DNA from: an uncultured Alphaproteobacteria bacterium
GTDB lineage: Bacteria; Pseudomonadota; Alphaproteobacteria; Rs-D84
NCBI GenBank assembly: GCA_944390835.1
Contig: CALXQT010000024.1
Span: 3,037 to 67,036 of the forward strand
Reading direction: 5' to 3'
Length of the DNA stretch: 64,000 nucleotides
A program made the translations under genes and the position numbers. The notes beneath the pieces are model-generated. The model was not told where the DNA came from. It worked only from the letters and a program-made list of their open reading frames with translations, and ran no database searches. Shown here in pieces: positions 60,877 to 64,000 of the stretch. Positions within the stretch are counted from its first letter, which is position 1. Each line of letters opens with the position of its first letter.

Positions 60877-63264
60877 ATGGCGACATTGACACTTGGAAAA
60901 TCTGTAACTATAGATGCGGTACAAAGTAAAAAGGGCGATGCAGTATTCGTAGAACGCCGTCGTCGTGTTGTTGCACCTGGGAGCAAGGAATTGCGTGAAG
61001 AACCTGTAACACCGACCGCACCTAAAAGCGCAGCCGATGAAAAATTACGTGCTGTTTTAGAAGCGGCACGTGCGCGCGAAGAAGAAAGACAAAAACGTGC
61101 AGCAGAAGAAGCGGCACAACGCGCAGCGCGTGAGGCAGAAATTGCACGTGAAAATCGCGAATATGAACAAGTTAAGGAACAATTGGCGGCCAGAGAAAAC
61201 ATTGTTGATGAAACCATAGATGCACCGGTTGAAAAAAATATTGCTGCGCAGAAAAAGCAATTTTCTTCATCTCGGGCAAAACAAAATCGTGATGATGATG
61301 ATATGGATATGGGGCGTCCGTCAAAGTTTGGCAATTCTAAAAAAGAGTTTAAGAAAACCGGAAAAATATCATTACATGATATTGTAATTGGGGGCGATGA
61401 CGACGACGATGATGAGATAGGTTTGCGTGGCGCAAACCGTCGTAGATCTGAAGCATCTTTAAAGCGTTTTCGTGAAAAGGCTCGAGCTATATTTGCTGCA
61501 CCCCAGAAAGTAGAGCATGTTGTAACATTGGGTGATACGATCACTGTTAAAGACTTAGCTGGGGCTATGGCGGAAAAGGTTGGTAATGTAATAAAAAAAT
61601 TGATGGAAATGGGGATGATGGTTTCTCAGAACCAGTCAATAGATGCAGATACAGCAGAATTAATTGCAGGCGAATTCGGTGCAAAAGTAAAACGTGTAGA
61701 TGTGAAACCTTACGCCGATCAATTGGAACGCCAACCAGATCCAGAACATATGCAACCTCGTTCACCGGTGGTTACTGTGGTGGGGCATGTTGATCATGGT
61801 AAAACGTCTTTATTAGACGCCTTTCGACATGCGAATGTGGCTGCTCGTGAAGCAGGCGGAATTACTCAACATGTTTCTGCATACGAAGTTAAGTCTAAAT
61901 CGGGGGCAATGATTACGTTTTTAGACACACCTGGTCATGAAACATTTACTGCAATGCGTGCTCGTGGTGCACAAATGGCGGACATTGTGGTTTTGGTTGT
62001 GGCGGCGAATGATTCTATAATGCCACAAACAATAGAGGCAATTAATCATATTCGTGCTGCAAAGGTTCCGTTTATTGTTGCTATAAATAAGATTGATTTG
62101 CCAGATGCTGATCCGCAACGTGTTAAAACAGATTTGTTGCAACAAGAAGTTCAAGTTGAAGAACTTGGAGGCGATATACAGTGTGTAGAGATTTCCGCAA
62201 CAAAACATATTGGCCTAGAGAAATTAGAGGAAGCGATATTGCTGCAGGCGGGAATTATGGATTTAAAGGCAGACCCAGATATGCCGGCTATCGCATATGT
62301 TGTTGAGGCTAAAATGGAACGCGGCTTGGGAGCCACGGCAACGGTTTTGATGCGTCAAGGAACTTTGGCCATTGGTGACGTATTTGTTGTTGGTGAGACG
62401 TTTGGTCGTGTTCGTGGGTTAATAAATTCTGCTGGTGAAAGGGTAAAATCGGTAAAACCTGGGCAGCCAGCGGTCGTTTTAGGTTTAGATTCTGTACCGA
62501 ACGCCGGTGATGATTTGCACGTTATGGAAACAGAAGCGCAGGCTAGAGAAGTTGCGGCATATCGTACACAGAAAGCAAAAGATAAGGCAAATGCGGTTAA
62601 GCGTTCTTCTTTGCAAGAGTTATTCGCAAAGCGTGACGCAAATAAGAAATTAGTCTTGCCGATCGTTTTACGTGCAGATGTTCAGGGTAGCGTTGAAGCT
62701 ATAACAGATATGTTGAAAGAAATAGATACAGATAAAGTATCTGTAGAGGTTCTGTCGTCTGGTGTTGGACAAATAACCGAGGGCGACATACGTCTTGCGG
62801 CTGCATCTGGTGCAATAATAATTGCTTTTAACGTTCGTGCAGATTCCGCTGTGCGTGACATGGCACGATCATCTGGTGTAGATATTCGCTATCATAGCGT
62901 TGTGTACCGCATTACTGATGAAATCAAAGAAATTTTATCTGGTAAATTGGCACCAGAAAGAAAAGAGAACTTTATTGGTTATGCAGATGTTATAGCTTTG
63001 TTTACAGTTGGAAAGGGAATTAGAGTCGCGGGTTGTCGCGTTAGTGAGGGAGTTATAAAGAAAGAGGCTTTTGTCCGTCTGTTACGTAACAATGTTGTTA
63101 TTTATGATGGAAAAATTGGTGAATTACGTCGTGAGAAAAACGAGGTAAAAGAAGTCTCTGGTGCAGGCGTTGAATTTGGTATGTCATTTGATAAATACAA
63201 TGACTTAAAAGAAGGTGATCGCGTAGAATGCTACGAGGTTGAAGAAGTTCGCGCTAAATTATAA
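60877..63264 (+). CDS. infB: Translation initiation factor IF-2
   Basis: G1 [22 protein letters not shown]; a long charged N-terminal region; 795 aa. Confidence 0.9.
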   Translation: MATLTLGKSVTIDAVQSKKGDAVFVERRRRVVAPGSKELREEPVTPTAPKSAADEKLRAVLEAARAREEERQKRAAEEAAQRAAREAEIARENREYEQVKEQLAARENIVDETIDAPVEKNIAAQKKQFSSSRAKQNRDDDDMDMGRPSKFGNSKKEFKKTGKISLHDIVIGGDDDDDDEIGLRGANRRRSEASLKRFREKARAIFAAPQKVEHVVTLGDTITVKDLAGAMAEKVGNVIKKLMEMGMMVSQNQSIDADTAELIAGEFGAKVKRVDVKPYADQLERQPDPEHMQPRSPVVTVVGHVDHGKTSLLDAFRHANVAAREAGGITQHVSAYEVKSKSGAMITFLDTPGHETFTAMRARGAQMADIVVLVVAANDSIMPQTIEAINHIRAAKVPFIVAINKIDLPDADPQRVKTDLLQQEVQVEELGGDIQCVEISATKHIGLEKLEEAILLQAGIMDLKADPDMPAIAYVVEAKMERGLGATATVLMRQGTLAIGDVFVVGETFGRVRGLINSAGERVKSVKPGQPAVVLGLDSVPNAGDDLHVMETEAQAREVAAYRTQKAKDKANAVKRSSLQELFAKRDANKKLVLPIVLRADVQGSVEAITDMLKEIDTDKVSVEVLSSGVGQITEGDIRLAAASGAIIIAFNVRADSAVRDMARSSGVDIRYHSVVYRITDEIKEILSGKLAPERKENFIGYADVIALFTVGKGIRVAGCRVSEGVIKKEAFVRLLRNNVVIYDGKIGELRREKNEVKEVSGAGVEFGMSFDKYNDLKEGDRVECYEVEEVRAKL

Positions 63265-63275
63265 GAATATGGTTA

Positions 63276-63308
63276 TAAAAAATACCGGCTTTTGCCGGTG
63301 TTTTTTTA
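63276..63308. terminator. Bidirectional terminator AAAAAATACCGGCTTTTGCCGGTGTTTTTTT
   Basis: Hairpin between infB(+) and der(-). Confidence 0.7.
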
Positions 63309-64000
63309 CTTGTTTTCAAACGGGTTCTCTTCTTTCTTATACTCAATTACAATTGGTAAATGTTCCCAATGTAATGCTTCTGCCAGACCGCGGCGCAAGT
63401 ATCTGGTATAAGATTCTGGGATATCTGATGCGCCACCAACATTAATTGTTATTTTCATTGGATGACGTCCAGTTTGACGGGCGAACTTTATTTTCATCGG
63501 TCGCTTTAATCGTGACATTGGTGGTTGTCGCGATGCAATTAATTTCTCGATAATACGATTAATTAAACTTGTCGGTGCATCGGTATTAGATATATCCCAT
63601 TGTTCGTAAATTCGGCGAAACATGTTCTGTACACCCGTTCCTGTTTCAGCAGATATAGCCAAAATCATAGGTTTTATTATCTGATGAAATGAATTTGTAA
63701 ATTGGTGTTTTAATTTTAATAATTTTTCATCACGAATATCTGGATCTACTAAATCCCACTTGTTTAATGCTACGCATAGTATTTTTCCTGCGTCATAAAC
63801 GCGCGAAGCAATCCCTAATGCTTGGTTTTCAATATTACGCGTTGCATCTACAACTAATATTACGGCATCAGATTTTTCAATTGCGTCTAAAGATTTTAAT
63901 GCTGACAACGTTTCTACGTCATCTTTTATGCCAGCCTTACGGCGTAGCCCTGCTGTATCCATTAAAATTATATCTCGTCCATAAAAAGATGCAGGTATTT
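63306..64000 (-). CDS. der: GTPase Der (EngA), 3-prime portion (second GTPase domain G3-G5 and KH-like domain); gene continues beyond the window end
   Basis: DTAGLRRK, NKWDL, SA G5, and the C-terminal KH-like RHPMKITINVGGASDIPESYTRYL. The frame stays open to the edge. Confidence 0.8.
   Translation of the reverse strand, partial: IPASFYGRDIILMDTAGLRRKAGIKDDVETLSALKSLDAIEKSDAVILVVDATRNIENQALGIASRVYDAGKILCVALNKWDLVDPDIRDEKLLKLKHQFTNSFHQIIKPMILAISAETGTGVQNMFRRIYEQWDISNTDAPTSLINRIIEKLIASRQPPMSRLKRPMKIKFARQTGRHPMKITINVGGASDIPESYTRYLRRGLAEALHWEHLPIVIEYKKEENPFENK

Noticed and set aside
60855-61544. 229-aa Ser/Ala/Arg-rich ORF antisense to the infB N-terminal region
   Set aside because: It lies entirely inside a well-supported gene on the other strand. 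Its low-complexity composition is the mirror of the infB Glu/Ala/Arg-rich region, which is a typical antisense artefact.

Overview
This is a visibly AT-rich, gene-dense stretch of an alphaproteobacterial chromosome. The gene content and a eukaryote-like (type 2) IleRS suggest a Rickettsiales/Holosporales-like organism, but that is inference. Almost the entire window is housekeeping genes: ychF, dnaG, topA, mreBCD/mrdA/rodA, rpmI-rplT, pheST, nth, ileS, mnmG, fabDG, queH, metG, accBC, yidD-rnpA, recF, rsmG, parAB, pal, infC, xseB, mutS, truB-rpsO-pnp, ybaB, rlmN, surA-like, lptD/lptFG, nusA-infB and der. There are four tRNA genes (Thr-CGT, Val-GAC, Cys-GCA, Val-TAC) and a TolC/HlyD/MacB-type tripartite ABC efflux cluster. 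Most operons end in A-tract/T-tract stem-loop terminators, and no CRISPR array, IS element or phage genes were recognised. The most interesting region lies next to tRNA-Val(TAC) at about 51.0-54.1 kb. It holds three divergent tandem paralogues of a phosphoribosylanthranilate-isomerase (TrpF/PRAI)-fold protein, interleaved with an OmpA-family lipoprotein, with two of them translationally coupled to rlmN. No other trp genes are in the window, and a roughly 100-nt near-identical gene-conversion tract joins two of the copies. Other features worth a second look follow. parA carries an in-frame TGA exactly where a conserved Gly is expected. Two copies of a parS-like palindrome AGTTTCATATGAAACT flank a 304-aa secreted protein with an HEKEH motif, inserted between rsmG and parA. 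A membrane-protein gene at 18.3-19.0 kb is frameshifted. A degenerate partial copy sits beside tRNA-Val(GAC). infC uses an AUU start and is unlinked from rpmI-rplT. GC-rich terminator-like hairpins lie immediately upstream of the ileS and nusA start codons. Several small orphan ORFs are also present (112 aa, 142 aa, 87 aa Cys4, 170 aa).
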